DNA from: Octopus vulgaris
Lineage: Eukaryota
Length of the DNA: 64,000 nucleotides
NCBI GenBank assembly: GCA_951406725.2
Contig: OX597830.1
Coordinates: forward strand, 51,088,001-51,152,000
Direction of reading: 5' to 3'
Part shown: in pieces, positions 26,236 through 39,082 of the stretch
Position numbering within the stretch: the stretch's first letter is position 1
Layout of the letters: each line of letters starts with the position of its first letter
Position numbers and translations under genes: made by a program
Notes under the pieces: generated by a model
Seen by the model: only the letters and a program-made list of their open reading frames with translations
What the model was told of the DNA's origin: nothing
The model's database searches: none

Positions 26236-26638
26236 CTCTCTTTTACTCTTTTACTTGTTGCAGTCATTTGACTGCGGCCATGCTGGAGCACCGCCTTTAA
26301 TCGAGCAACTCGACCCCGGGACTTATATTTTGTAAGCCTAGTACTTATTCTATCGGTCTCTTTTGTCGAACCGCTAAGTAACGGGGACATAAACACACCA
26401 GCATCGGTTGTCAAGCAATGCTAGGGGCACACACACAAATACACACACGCATATATATATATATACATATATACGACTGGATTCTTTCAGTTTCCGTCTA
26501 CCAAATCCACTCACAAGGCTTTGGTCGGCCCGAGGCTATAGTAGAAGGCACTTGCCCAAGGTGCCACGCAGTGGGACTGAGCCCAGAACCATGTGGTTGG
26601 TAAACAAGCTACTTACCACATAGCCACTCCTGCGCCTA
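26236..26638 (-). mobile_element. SINE family B (tRNA head, CORE-like segment, internal microsatellite), full length
   Basis: Minus strand TAGGCGCAGGAGTGGCTATGTGGTAAG..GGCTCAGTCCCACTGCGTGGCACCTTGGGCAAGTG..(TA/TG)n..GCGGTGCTCCAGCATGGCCGCAGTC..(GTAAAAGA)n tail. Confidence 0.88.
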
Positions 26639-28116
26639 TATATATTCTTTTAAAAACAATTTTCCAAATTTAAATGTTTTCCATACTTACAGTTGAAAAA
26701 GTCTCAATGACTGAAACCGGTACTGAATTTTTTTTTTATTAAATCATTTTAGCATTTTCTATCTTGACTTTTTCCACATATATATATATTGCACTCCTCC
26801 TTGATATTTTAAGTTCTGGGAGTCTACAGAATAGCTTTACGTTTCAATATGACAGGGATGAAGAAACGCCCATCAGAATTCATATACTATATTTCTTTGC
26901 AGTATCGGAGTTGTTTGCGAGGGGCAAAATTCTGCTAGACATAGACAAGCATCACTCACTCATTGAAAGCTTTGGTGAAGGTGCACTGGGAATATGTCGC
27001 AACGGATTGCGATATATCGTGTGTGTGTTTGAATGTACGTGTATGTGTGTTAGGAAGCTTGCTTTGCAAGCAAATGATTCGGGTTCAATCCAACAGCGCG
27101 GAATTTTGAGCAAGTGCCTTCTAGCATAGTTCTGTGACGACCAGTGTATTGTGAGTGAAATTAATAGGTAGGAAGCGTGTGAAAGCTTGTAGAATATGTG
27201 TATGTGCATGTTTGTATGTATGTATGTATGTATTTATATATGCAGATATGTATGCATGTCATCATTCAATTTTATTTCAAGATTTCTTGTCAGTAGAGAA
27301 AGAGTCGTTTTATAACCTAGATCCAAGTTTCTTCATTGGAATTTCATCTTCAACTACAGGCTGTTTTGTATGTATGTATCTATGTATGCATGTGTGCATA
27401 TGTATGTGTGTATATGTATGTGCATGCATGTGCGTGTGCACCCGTGTCCGACTCTATGTACAAGAATATTTGTCCATATGAAAGAAGGCGAACAGCTTTG
27501 TGGTCTACTTCATAAATATTCATTATGCGGAATGTGTATACGTCTGTCAATGTGTGTGAGTGCAAGATAGTTTGCGTGTGCCTGTGCACGTGTGTAAGAG
27601 TGACTGTGTGTGTGTGTATTTGACACTAGTTTAAGTTGCAGTAATATTTGTAGTAGCTTCAAGATTCATCGAAGAATATCGCCATGTATTTTGTGATATT
27701 TCATATATTTTTTATTTGCTAATATATTATCTATCTGTTTATTTTTATTTATGCTTTACTTATTTTATGTTAACTTATTTCTTTGTAAGATTTATCTCCT
27801 TCTTCGTCACTTCAATTTCTTTTCCTTTCTATTTTCAATTTTAACGGTTGTTTATCTTTGTTTATCTATTTCATGTTATTTTTCTGGTTGAAAATTATGG
27901 CGATCTATTCACTACATTGATAAATGTTGGTTAGCCTCATACTGGATTACAAACAATACAGAAATAATTATATACATCCATATGTTTGGGCGTGTGCAGT
28001 ACATACGCACATATATTTACTCGTACATGCATATATATATATATATATATAAACGGTTATTTATATACGTATCCATACACATGTATTTGTGTATGTATAT
28101 ATATGTACGTATGTAT

Positions 28117-28196
<80 letters not shown>

Positions 28197-28205
28197 TATA
28201 TATAT

Positions 28206-28275
<70 letters not shown>

Positions 28276-29062
28276 GCCTATGTATGTGTAAATTTATGTA
28301 AACAGCTCCTCACTCCCATACACACATATTTACAAATTTGTAAATACATATAATTAGTAGATATATCTCAACATTATACATAACACGTGTAAGTGCGTGT
28401 ACTGAAATCTGTTTATTTCTGTGTCTCCTGTTCTAGCCATGCCACACACTCCGATCAAATCAAATATAATGCAGTTACTTTGAACATCATTAAACTAAAA
28501 CATAGCTTTTCATAAAAACATGCAGAACGGCGCCATGTTTTTTTGTATCAGCTATTCGATCTGACAATATTTTTACACACTCTCACACACACCCCATACA
28601 TATACACACATACAGACATCCTCTCACTTTCTCTCTCTCTCACTTTCTCTCTCTCTCTCTCTCTCTCTCCATCTATCTATCCATTTATCTATCTATTTTA
28701 TTCTGTCTATCTCTCTTACTACAAGTTTATCAAATACAGAACATCATGTCAGCTACAATATTTCTAAGAATTCCTGACGCAAAGCTTAGCAATTATATGT
28801 CGGAAGAAACGGAGGAATTTTCTTGAGGAAATTTGAGAAATGACTTTCTATAGAATTTGGACATGTCGGAATTGTTTTCTTTCGATTTCGTCGTTTAACA
28901 TTCTCTGAAGCTGTATGTCGTTGGTGTATCGAACTCTTCGAACACATCGATTAACATCCTTTAATTAAATCACGGCAAAAGAACAACCAAATGATAAATG
29001 ATTCATTGGAAAGAAGTGGTGGGTTTCATATATCTATACATGTATGTGTGTGTCAGATGCTG

Positions 29063-29220
29063 TGAAGTTGCGTGGCCTAGTCGTTAGAATGCTGCACCCA
29101 CTATCGCAAGACGGTGGTTTCGATTTGCCGACCGGTTGGTGCGCTGTCTTCTTGGGTAAAAGCGTCATTTCATATTGCTCCAGTGATGAGTAACCTTGTG
29201 TCGGACTGTCATCCCGTTAA
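29063..29220 (+). mobile_element. SINE family C, degenerate
   Basis: GCGTGGCCTAGTCGTTAG..GGTTTCGATT..TTTCATATTGCTCCAGT matches the other family C copies. Confidence 0.6.
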
Positions 29221-29394
29221 CGATGTCGAATAGCCAGGAGAGTCACGTATTTTAAAAACTACAAAAATGGGAGAAAGCGCATCGTAATAAGTGGTGTATA
29301 ACGACATCCGATAGTCTGGTTATTTGGTTGATACAGTAATAGTGATGTGTACATCCCACCCCCACCCCCACACACACACACATGCACGCTCACA

Positions 29395-29765
29395 TGTAGC
29401 TGTGTGGTAAGAAGCTTGCTTCCCATTCACATGGTTTAGGGTTCAGTCACATTATGTGACACCTTGGGCAAGTGTCTTCTACAATAGCCTCGGGCCGACC
29501 AAAGCCCTGTGAGTGGATTTGGTTGACGGAAACTGAAAGAAGCGTGTGGTATATAAATGTGTGTGTGTGTCTTTGTGTTTGTACCCGACCAACCTTTAGC
29601 AAATGGTTTGATGGTTTGTTTACATTTCCTAACTTATCGGTTCGGCAAAAGATACCGACAGAATAAGCACTAGACTCAAAAATAACAAGTACTGGGATCG
29701 TCTCGTCCGAATAAATCTCTCATGGGGATGCTCCAGCGTGGCTGCAATCTGAAACAAATAAAAGG
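29395..29765 (+). mobile_element. SINE family B copy
   Basis: GCTGTGTGGTAAGAAGCTTGCTTCCC..CACCTTGGGCAAGTGTCTTCTAC..GGTTCGGCAAAAGATACCGA. Confidence 0.8.
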
Positions 29766-29781
29766 GAAAAAAAGAAATATA

Positions 29782-29911
29782 CAGGCTGTCCACAAAAAAT
29801 GTATACACACCTTAAATAATTGTAAATTTGTTATTCTTTGTAAGTCTAGTACTTATTATATCGTTCTCTTTTTCCGAACTACTATGTCTATACATTTTTT
29901 GGGACACCCTG
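29782..29911. mobile_element. 130-bp Tc1/mariner-type MITE with TA TSD
   Basis: TA|CAGGCTGTCCACAAAAAATGTATACACA ... TGTCTATACATTTTTTGGGACACCCTG|TA. Confidence 0.8.
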
Positions 29912-30119
29912 TATATATGTAGTATAATAGAATAGATGTGTAAACGGTCGAACACTTACTTTCAGATCCGATTGTGAGATTTATGTATTCAAACATTGAT
30001 ACAATATGAGGTAAGACTTGAATATCATTGGGATATCGATCACAAGATGTCGATAAAATATTTGGATTCTACCTAGGATGACCAGATTTGGCTACAACCT
30101 AATATCAAGAATTTGAAAT

Positions 30120-30530
30120 CACTGCATAAATAAAAACAAAATCTGTGCAGCAAGTTGGGAGTTCGGAATTTCAAACTCAAGTGTTCATTTAATTTTCGTG
30201 CGATGTCAGTGGAAGAATTACATTCTAAGAATAGTCCATGTTCCTGATGAAAATGATCCGGATCAAAGAATGGAGTTTTGCGGATAATTTGCACGATATG
30301 CGGACGATGTACATCTTCCAAAGTTTGCTTCGATTGACGAGGCTACGTTTAATTTAAATGACTTAATTCACCGCTTCAAGTGCATCTACAGGAGTGTGGA
30401 TGTGCGTGACTTAGTAGTTAGAGTGTTGGACTTGTGATCGTAAAATTGTAGTCTTTAAGCAAATCCCTTCATTTCGCGTTGCTCCTGTCCATTCAGCTGG
30501 CAAAAATGAGTGATCCTGCGGCGGATTAGG
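30120..30530 (+). mobile_element. Tc1/mariner transposase fragment (DUF4817-type) followed by SINE C
   Basis: GISNSSVHL..RIVHVPDENDPDQRMEFCG*..DEATFNLND.IHR.KCIY, then the SINE C head. Homologous to 33900-34330. Confidence 0.75.
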
Positions 30531-31132
30531 CGGTAGGTTGACCTGGGCACCAATTGCATACACCTATTTTACATCATTAGGCGCGAGAATGCCTGAATTT
30601 TATGTGCATGTATATACACACATTATATATCGTGTATATACATACATATAATTAGAAATATAAAGTCTATGATATAGTATTATATATTTTAAAAAATAAT
30701 AATTGAAATGGCTTTTCTCATAACTTATTCATTCGAATAAGTTGTTTATAAGTTATTAGGTATTTAATTTATAAACACTTCTATTAAGGAGGAGAGATTA
30801 TTAGAGAAGTCACTTCTATTCATTTTTTCACAAATACATACATACATACATACATACAGACAGACAGACACATATACAAACATACATACATACAAACAAA
30901 ATCTGTGAAACTTTCCAGACGTTTATCACTTAAGAATATATGAGCATATAATAGATATACAACTTTATGCCTTAGAATACATACACAAAGCAAAACATAC
31001 AAATCTGCACGCATTGAAAAATACCCCGTTGGAATTGCAATGAAGGAACCTTGAATATGAATTAGAAACCAATTCTTTCTCAATTGGCAAGAAATTTCGA
31101 AATAAAACAGAATAATGTCATACATATGTACA

Positions 31133-31225
<93 letters not shown>

Positions 31226-31379
31226 TAATTAACAAGGTAAAAGTTTTTATTTTTCATTCCTTTTCAAGATTGTTCTTAAATGTGGTTTTGGTCGTTTTGA
31301 CTACTTCTTCTAGCGTTTAAAACTACCTGTTGAAGGCAGTTTTCTCTTGTGCTTTAAATGTACACTATTTTATATTGAG

Positions 31380-31433
<54 letters not shown>

Positions 31434-31458
31434 TAAGTTTAAAATTAAAGTTTAGATT

Positions 31459-31750
31459 TAAGTTTAAAATTTATACTGTGTTTTTCGGTATGTCCCTAGT
31501 AACATGCCGACAAAGCACCTATGGGTAACTGGCCTCATCCATGGTAATTGTGCAATCGTGTCGCTGGATCTACGCTAGGAATTCCTCGGTGCACATTAAA
31601 TATAGCAGAAACAATGGCTACGGAAGATAGAGTGTAAGTTTAAAATTTATACTGTGTTTTTCGGTATGACAAAGCACCTATGGGTAACTGGCCTCATCCA
31701 TGGTAATTGTGCAATCGTGTCGCTGGATCTACGCTAGGAATTCCTCGGTG
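31459..31750. repeat. Direct duplication with 176-bp period next to (TA)n
   Basis: 31459-31591 is repeated at 31635-31750; the second copy lacks 17 bp. Confidence 0.9.
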
Positions 31751-33594
31751 TGTGCGTCTCTTCTTGCGACAATGTAAATTTTCATTTAATCAAGTTTTCC
31801 TTGGCCTGGAGAGCAGCCTGCGTTATACACCTCGCTTGGATATTTAACACTTCTGAGGTTCCGCTCGCTATGAAACATATGTAGCCAGGATCCTTTCTAC
31901 TCTATTCCTTCAGTCTTGTATTCCTATTCGCATATCCGGCAACACTGGTTGCCTACCGCGAAATATAAAAAGAACTTTTATCAATTTATCATACTTCGAT
32001 GGGGAAAAAATCCACAACTTCCCGTCTCAATAAACCTGAATGTTGTTTAGATATATATATATATTTACTATGGTTTATCTGAAGACAACAACTTTCTTCC
32101 TGTGCTGATAAAGCGGGACTAGAAAAATTATTTAATATAATTATTAAACTTAACGACATTGTTAAAGCGATCTCCACTTAAACGTACTTTTTCTGCCTTT
32201 TCTGCCTTTCTCAGACTTATTCTATGTAGAGGTAAACAGAGATATATAATTTTCTTCCAATATCGGTTTGTTTACAAACAATTACAACGAAATATTTTTT
32301 TTAAATTACTCAAATAATTTAAGTACACAAATTCAGACACGAATACACATTTATACTTAGACACACATGGATATAGACACATAAGCCGAGTAACCGACGA
32401 TCACCAGCGTTTAAATATATCAAACAACGCTATGTTTGTATGGAAATTAAACAATGTTACACAAGGAGTCATGTGACGGCTGTATTTGAAGTTGTATTAT
32501 GGGTATTTAATATCCAACTTTAAATGAAAATATATAATACAATACAAATAATGCTATGCGTACATACACACACACATACATACATATAACGTGTGTGCGC
32601 CTGTCTGTCTATCTAGATGCATATTTAAAATAATTACATATATATTCTATAATAATTATTTAGTCTCCCATGTTCCTGGTTGGACACGAACCACTTCAGC
32701 ATTTTATCTAGATAATATATAAATACAGACAGAACAGACAAATATATATCTCTGTATGCCTGGATACATATGTGCGTGTGTTTTATGTATGTATGTATGT
32801 ATGTATGTATGTATGTATGTATGTATGTATGTATGTATGTATGTATGTATGTATGTATGACTGCCAGTTTGTATGTGTGTGTGTGTGTTGTTTTTCGTCC
32901 TGCAGGATGTCCAACAATCACCCTCCTCACCAAGCAAGCTTCATGAGAATGCCAGTCTAGTCGCCGATAACCCAACCATGGAACAAGTTGTACTGGGCTA
33001 CATGTTACCAGTAGCGCCCAAGAGGGGACATGGAAACTCCTGAATTGGAGTCCAGGTGCACGGTCGACCCACTGGGGATGGGAGGCTACTCTGTTGTTGT
33101 CACAACATCTCTCTAGGAGAAGCAGACTCTGAGAGAAAACCTCTGACACTGACAATTTTCGATGATGTTGAGTTCACGATGTCTATCTTCAGAGAGTGGG
33201 CTTGGATTTGTGCAAATCTCTTCCCCTCATTAAAGAAGGACCATCATGCACAGCCATCACTTGAAGAAAAAATAAGACCTATCACAAGATAGGCTGGTTG
33301 TAATTTCGCATGTGTGGGACCTTCGATCAGGCGATGTCAATACTCGAACACGAGTTTGAAGCCATCATGTATGTATGTATGTATGTATGTATGTATGTAT
33401 GTATGTATGTACGTATGTTAGTATATATGTATATCCATATTAGGCATAATATAATTATAAATTCTTAATCCGAAAAATAGCTTTCAGGAATATTAGAATA
33501 CAAACATTTTACTTTATTTATTTGTTTGCTTGTGTCATTTTTAAGACACATCTGAGAACTATCTGTCGACCAATGAATCTATCAAACTATATAT

Positions 33595-34630
33595 ATAGTG
33601 TTCTAAAAAGTGTATACACACTTTAACAGCTGATGACTCAATTTGTAGTTCTCTTTAGAATTAGTCTATTAGGTATAATGAACGGACCCAGATTAAGATT
33701 TAACCTAAAAGTCGACTGAAAGTTTGAAAATGCAATCCAAGTTATCAGGAAGGAATTTTAAATAGGTTCATCAATGCGAATTACCCACACTCGCTTTAGA
33801 GACGTTTAAAGTGAACGGAACGGTTCAGATGTCCACAAAGGACGTTCTAGAAGACCACGGGCAGTGACGAGCCCCATAAAGCCAGAAAGTATTAGAAAAG
33901 TACTGCTGGAGTTCAAGAAAATCTGTGCGGCAAGCTAGTCGGGAGACTGGAATTTCAAACTCAAGTGTTCCTCATGCGATGTCAGAGGAAAAATTACATT
34001 GTAAGAATAGTCCATGTTCCCAATGAAAATGATTCAGACCGAAGAATGGAGTTTTGCGGGTAATTTGCAAGATATGTAGAGGATATACATTATCCAACAA
34101 AGTTTGCTTGGTCTGAGGAGGCTATATTTAATTTAAATAATTCAATATACCCCCACAAGTGCATCTGCAGGGGTGTGGAGGCGCGTGGTTTAATGATTAG
34201 GGTGTTTACCTTATGATCGTAAAATTGTGGTTTCGATTCCTGGATCGGACGACATGTTGTATTCTTGAGCACATCACTTCATTTCACGTTGCTCCAGTCC
34301 TCTCAGCTTGTGAAAATGAGTAATCCTGCGACTGACTGGCGTTCCGTCCAGGTGGGGAATATGAACGCCAAGGACTAACCGGCCCTTATGAGTCGATGTG
34401 AGTCGAGAAGGAAACCTCCACTTTTTAACTTAACCTACAGGTATCCTGAGAATCCTGGATTACAGAGGAACGTCACGTTGATTTAGCAAGAGTTATAGTA
34501 TTATGCAATTTATCGCCAAAACAATTAATTGAACCATTCTTATTTGATGGTACTCTGATTGGTCCCATTTACTTGGACTTGCTACGATGACCTATTATTC
34601 CAAGTATTCAAGAGGACTTTGAAGGCGACT
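33595..34630 (+). mobile_element. Decayed Tc1/mariner element (DUF4817-type transposase) interrupted by SINE C (~34172-34434)
   Basis: Left end ..AAAAAGTGTATACACAC resembles the 29782 MITE TIR. Pseudo-ORF pieces FKVNGTVQ/VHKGRSRRPR/SSRKSVRQASRETGISNSSV/ENDSDRRMEFC/WSEEAIFNLN, and after the SINE LIEPFLFDGTL.GP.YLDLL. CT(G/A)CAGG is duplicated around the SINE. Confidence 0.82.
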
Positions 34631-34649
34631 AAGACATTTAATCCTCATG

Positions 34650-34872
34650 GACATAACCCCACAAGGAGAATTACCTCTGATGACAGCCGATGATGGTTTA
34701 AAACTTCTTATTAAATTTGTGAGGGGGTAATTAACCAAGATGAGGTAATTGTCCTAGGGAGTAGTTGTCATCGGGGGGAATTGTCCTATGGAGGGTAATT
34801 GTCCTAGTGGGTAGTTGTCGTCGGGGAAATTGTCCTGGGTGGGGGAATAATTGTCCTAGAGAGTAATTGACC
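34650..34872. repeat. Array of GG(T/G)AATTGTCC-type motifs, possibly transposon subterminal repeats
   Basis: About 8 (A/T)A(A/G)TTGTC units at 34744-34872 spaced ~14-22 bp; related inverted motifs (GGACATAACCCC, GAATTACC) at 34650-34677. Confidence 0.6.
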
Positions 34873-35345
34873 TCATATGCTTTTTCCAGTAAGAGAGGCT
34901 CCCCGACTACAACGATAATTGATGATATTTGGCCAAACAGTTGGAACAGACAAAGAGATTCAGTAGAATACCCTCTGCATAGGCCAGACTCATACTACTG
35001 AACCGTTTATGGAAGTACTTCGAAGCTAAGGTTTTACGGTACAAACGGTCGACAGTCGACATAATGAGGGCAACCTCTGATCGAGACTGCGCACAGATAC
35101 TAAACGAAATGATTTTTGACGTTTGTAACTTCATTACTTCTCGCTATCAACAGTACCAGGAGAGGAACGAACTTTTGTCTGAAGCCAGAAATTCATAAAA
35201 GTATTAAATTCTGTTTGTAGATTCTATAAAATTTTGCAAATGAACTGGATTAAGAAATACTCACTTCGTAATCATTCAAAACCGTGTAAAGTGTATAAAC
35301 ACGTTTGGAAAAAACTGTACAAACACAGACACACACAGACACACA

Positions 35346-35487
<142 letters not shown>

Positions 35488-36340
35488 CTATTTTCATAAT
35501 TATCATCATTATGCTACATGTTCGAAGCTGTTGTTAAAGTAGAATATAGCTAAGTACATAAGCAATTTTATGTATGGCTTGTAACTTCCTGTGAAGCTTC
35601 GCTAAACACCTACGCTGTTTTATGTAATCTGTAGTTAAGCCATAAATCGTAGCTGCGAATTTGTGACATATACTTGAGAAATGAGTCTTAAAAGTATGGG
35701 TTATGGTTTCATGTAATATTTTCGCTATGAAGTTGAAATATGCTTGTACATATTTCTATGGTCGAATAAATGAAAAATTCTGTGGTGTTTATATGGCTTC
35801 AGTTTTGTATACGCGAAACGGAAGTATTTGTCATGAATAATGTGGGGACTACTGAAATAGCTACAAACTACACTGGAATGGCTCACCCGGGAGGAAAGTG
35901 ATCGTAACTCGCTATAATAAACAGCAAACCTCGAAAACTACAGACCCATAATCTGTATATCTTCAGCAGAGAAATACCTTAACTGCAACGTTATTGCAAG
36001 GGGTAATTACCTTTAAAAAAAAACCCTAATTTCTAGAAGAGAACATGCGATGTTGCAAGTGTTCCTATCATTATGAAGATCAATTACTGATCAATAAAGC
36101 TATTATAGATGATCGGAGAAGGTGAGAAAAGTGCGCGGAGCTAAACAATGTTTGCGTATTGTGGGAACATTAGCCATGAGTAAGGTAGCATGAACAATAA
36201 GAGGATACATCAAACATGCCATGAATAAATGACTGACAAACGGACTGCTACAAAGAAAACAGTGTTATAAAAACTAACCTCTTCCCCGTTAGAAGCCGAA
36301 TGTTCCAAGGAACTTTCCTCTCACTCTCCCTTTCTCTCTT

Positions 36341-36372
<32 letters not shown>

Positions 36373-36888
36373 ATTCTCTCTCTCTCCTTGCTTGATGTTA
36401 ACACACCCTTGACTAACATGTACGAGCAGATTGGATTTGCATACAAATGCTGTGGCGGAGTGGGCGGCAATCAGCCAGCTTTTGTAAATGGATTACGTCA
36501 GGGCATATGCTGCGGATCACAAAGAATTGGAAGCGATGTTAAACAGGGATCCGAGAGAAGAGTTTATGTGATATCGTTGATATCGTGTCAAAGATAATGA
36601 AATATACGTATAAGAAGATTACCCAAACATAGAATTCTAAAAACAATAGAATTTAATGAAAAACATTCGCAAATAAAACTTAAGTTAAATAATGCATTAA
36701 ACTATTGTTTGGAACAGAGCTAGATACCCAAATAAGGTAATGGTTATCAAAAATATATCTGTCCTAGAAAGAAGTTTAGGATAACGTAAAAGGAATTGAT
36801 AAGTCCAAGTATATGTTGCTCCAGCTGGAAGAATTTCTTCCTCGACAATTTCCAATACCGTCTCTATTTGGTGTTGGTATTGCATTAA

Positions 36889-37294
36889 GGCGGCGAGCTG
36901 GCAGAAACGTCAGCACACCGGGCGAAATGCTTTGCGGTATTTCGTCTGCCGCTACGGTCTGAGTTCAAATTCCGCCGAGGTCGACTTTGCCTTTCATCCT
37001 TTCAAGGTCGATTAAATAAGTACCAGTTACGCACTGGGATCGATATAATCAACTTAATATGTTTGTCTGTCCTTGTTCGTCCCCTCTGTGTTTAACCCCT
37101 TGTGAGTAGTAAAGAAATAGGTATTTCGTGTGCCGCTACGTTCTGACTTCAAATTCCGCCGAGGTCGACTTTGCCCTTCATCTTTTCAGAGTCTATTAAA
37201 TAAGTACCAGTTACGCACTGGGGTCGACTTAATCTGTTTTTCTCTCCTTGTTCGTCCCCTCTGTGTTCATCCCCTTGTGGGTAGTAAAGAAATA
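36889..37294 (+). mobile_element. SINE family A dimer with TSD
   Basis: Full monomer plus headless second unit. GGTATTG(C/T)ATTAA is duplicated at 36876-36888 and 37295-37307. Confidence 0.9.
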
Positions 37295-37802
37295 GGTATT
37301 GTATTAAGGACTTCAGTTATTTGCTACGATCGGACTGAGGCTATGAAGTTAGAGATGTTTTCAGGGTCCTAGGTGGAATTTGAACATTTAGAAAGGAAAG
37401 TGTCGGAAAGAGATACCGAAACACATTATCTGCAGAATTAACCGTACACGGACACATATGAAGGAGGCGAAATGGCAGAGTAAGTAGAGTGTCGTATCGA
37501 ATACCTTGCACTATTCGCTCAAGTTTTCTATGCTCTGAGTTCAAATCATCCGAACGTCAATTCTGTTCTAGCGGGACAGTTAGCACACCAGACAAAATGC
37601 TGCAATGCATTGCAGAATTTTGTGTGTCTTCTGAGATCAAATTCCGCCGAACTCACAGTTGAATTTCATCCTTTTGTGTCGATGAAATAAGTACCAGCTG
37701 AGCATGTGAGGGCCGATGAAATCGACTGGTCCTTCCGTCCTCAAAATTTCAGGCCTTGTGCCTGTACTAGAAAGGATTGTTGTTATTGTTATTATTATTA
37801 TT

Positions 37803-38270
37803 GAGTGAAAGATCAGTGCATGCTATCAAAGTGACACTGGAGTAAAATATACGAAGCCCAGTATACCCACCATTACTACCCTTCGGATAAGGGTACACCA
37901 GGCACAGGCATCACAATCATATATGCGTGACATGGTGGGCCCATTTAAAATTTTCTTCAGGTAGAGTAGCCCATCCTGCTCAAAAGGTTCCTGAATAAGG
38001 GTTGTTTAAGGATGTTGAACGAAACACCCATGTTTCCAGAGGTGAATTATTCAAACCCCAAAGAATCCCTCTTAACACATAACTATGAGACTCCTCCACT
38101 ACTTCTGCTCGTGATCAGGAATGCAAATATCGTCAGCCACTAAGGTCAAACAACTGACAAGCAAATCTGTGGTATTGAGCAGAATATTTACTGTAGCCTA
38201 CCTTTTATACCAAGTCAAAACAATGTACATGACAACAATTCCAATCAGTTAAGATCAGAAGCCACGTGAG
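37803..38270. mobile_element. Non-coding ~470-bp segment between (TTA)n tracts, probable interspersed repeat
   Basis: Sharp boundaries against (TTA)n on both sides and no ORF. Repeat status is inferred; only one copy is in the window. Confidence 0.45.
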
Positions 38271-38272
38271 CC

Positions 38273-38348
<76 letters not shown>

Positions 38349-38381
38349 ATTATTATCATTATTATTATTATTATCATTATC

Positions 38382-38440
<59 letters not shown>

Positions 38441-38860
38441 CATTATTATTATCATTATACCTTCGTGACACAGTGTAGGTAAAAATGCACCGGAGTGTTT
38501 AATCACCTGTCAAGTCACAAGGACCTCAGACAATTGATAGGTTTCTTAAGATGTGCAAAATCACCATCGCAAAACATCTACGCGTTCAAAGCAGTTTGCC
38601 AAAGGTCGTTCAGCAGCAACACAACTTGATAAACTCAATAACTACTACTAAATTCAGGCCACGACAGACGGAGAGGATGTTTTTGACGCCGAGAATTTGA
38701 ACTTATTGAAACAATATTTACATATCATTTCAGGTAACACAACTAGATCTCATAATGCAAGGAAACAGTTGCATAATCAAGTAATGCAGGCCTGGAGAAC
38801 TACAATTGTGTGAAACAATTGTAGTGATAGAAAAAAATATCCAACAGTACTCTTTGTTGA

Positions 38861-39082
38861 AAAGGCGGCGAGCTGGCAGAAAAGTTAGAACGCCGGGCGA
38901 AATGCGTAGCCGTATTTCGTCTGCCGTTACGTTCTGAGATCAAATTCCACCGAGGTCGACTTTGCCTTTCATCCCTTCGGGGTCGATAAATTAAGTACCA
39001 GTTACGCACTGGGGTCGATGTAATCGAATTAATCCGTTTGTCCCCTCTGTGTGTTTAGCCCCTTGTGGGTAGTAAAGAAATA
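38861..39082 (+). mobile_element. SINE family A monomer with perfect 15-bp TSD
   Basis: AGTACTCTTTGTTGA at 38846-38860 and 39083-39097; complete head, B-box-like segment, core and tail. Confidence 0.93.

Noticed and set aside
34669-34732. CTGATGA with a possible stem I (AATTACCT/GGGTAATT)
   Set aside because: No GAAA and no NUH at the required positions; the pairing is explained by the local inverted repeat motifs.
34744-34872. Short repeats with variable gaps, superficially CRISPR-like
   Set aside because: Units are ~9 bp with 5-13 bp G-rich gaps, the context is eukaryotic and there are no cas genes.
36889-36975. tRNA-like A/B boxes as a tRNA gene
   Set aside because: No cloverleaf is evident; it continues into SINE core and tail, has TSDs and is multicopy.
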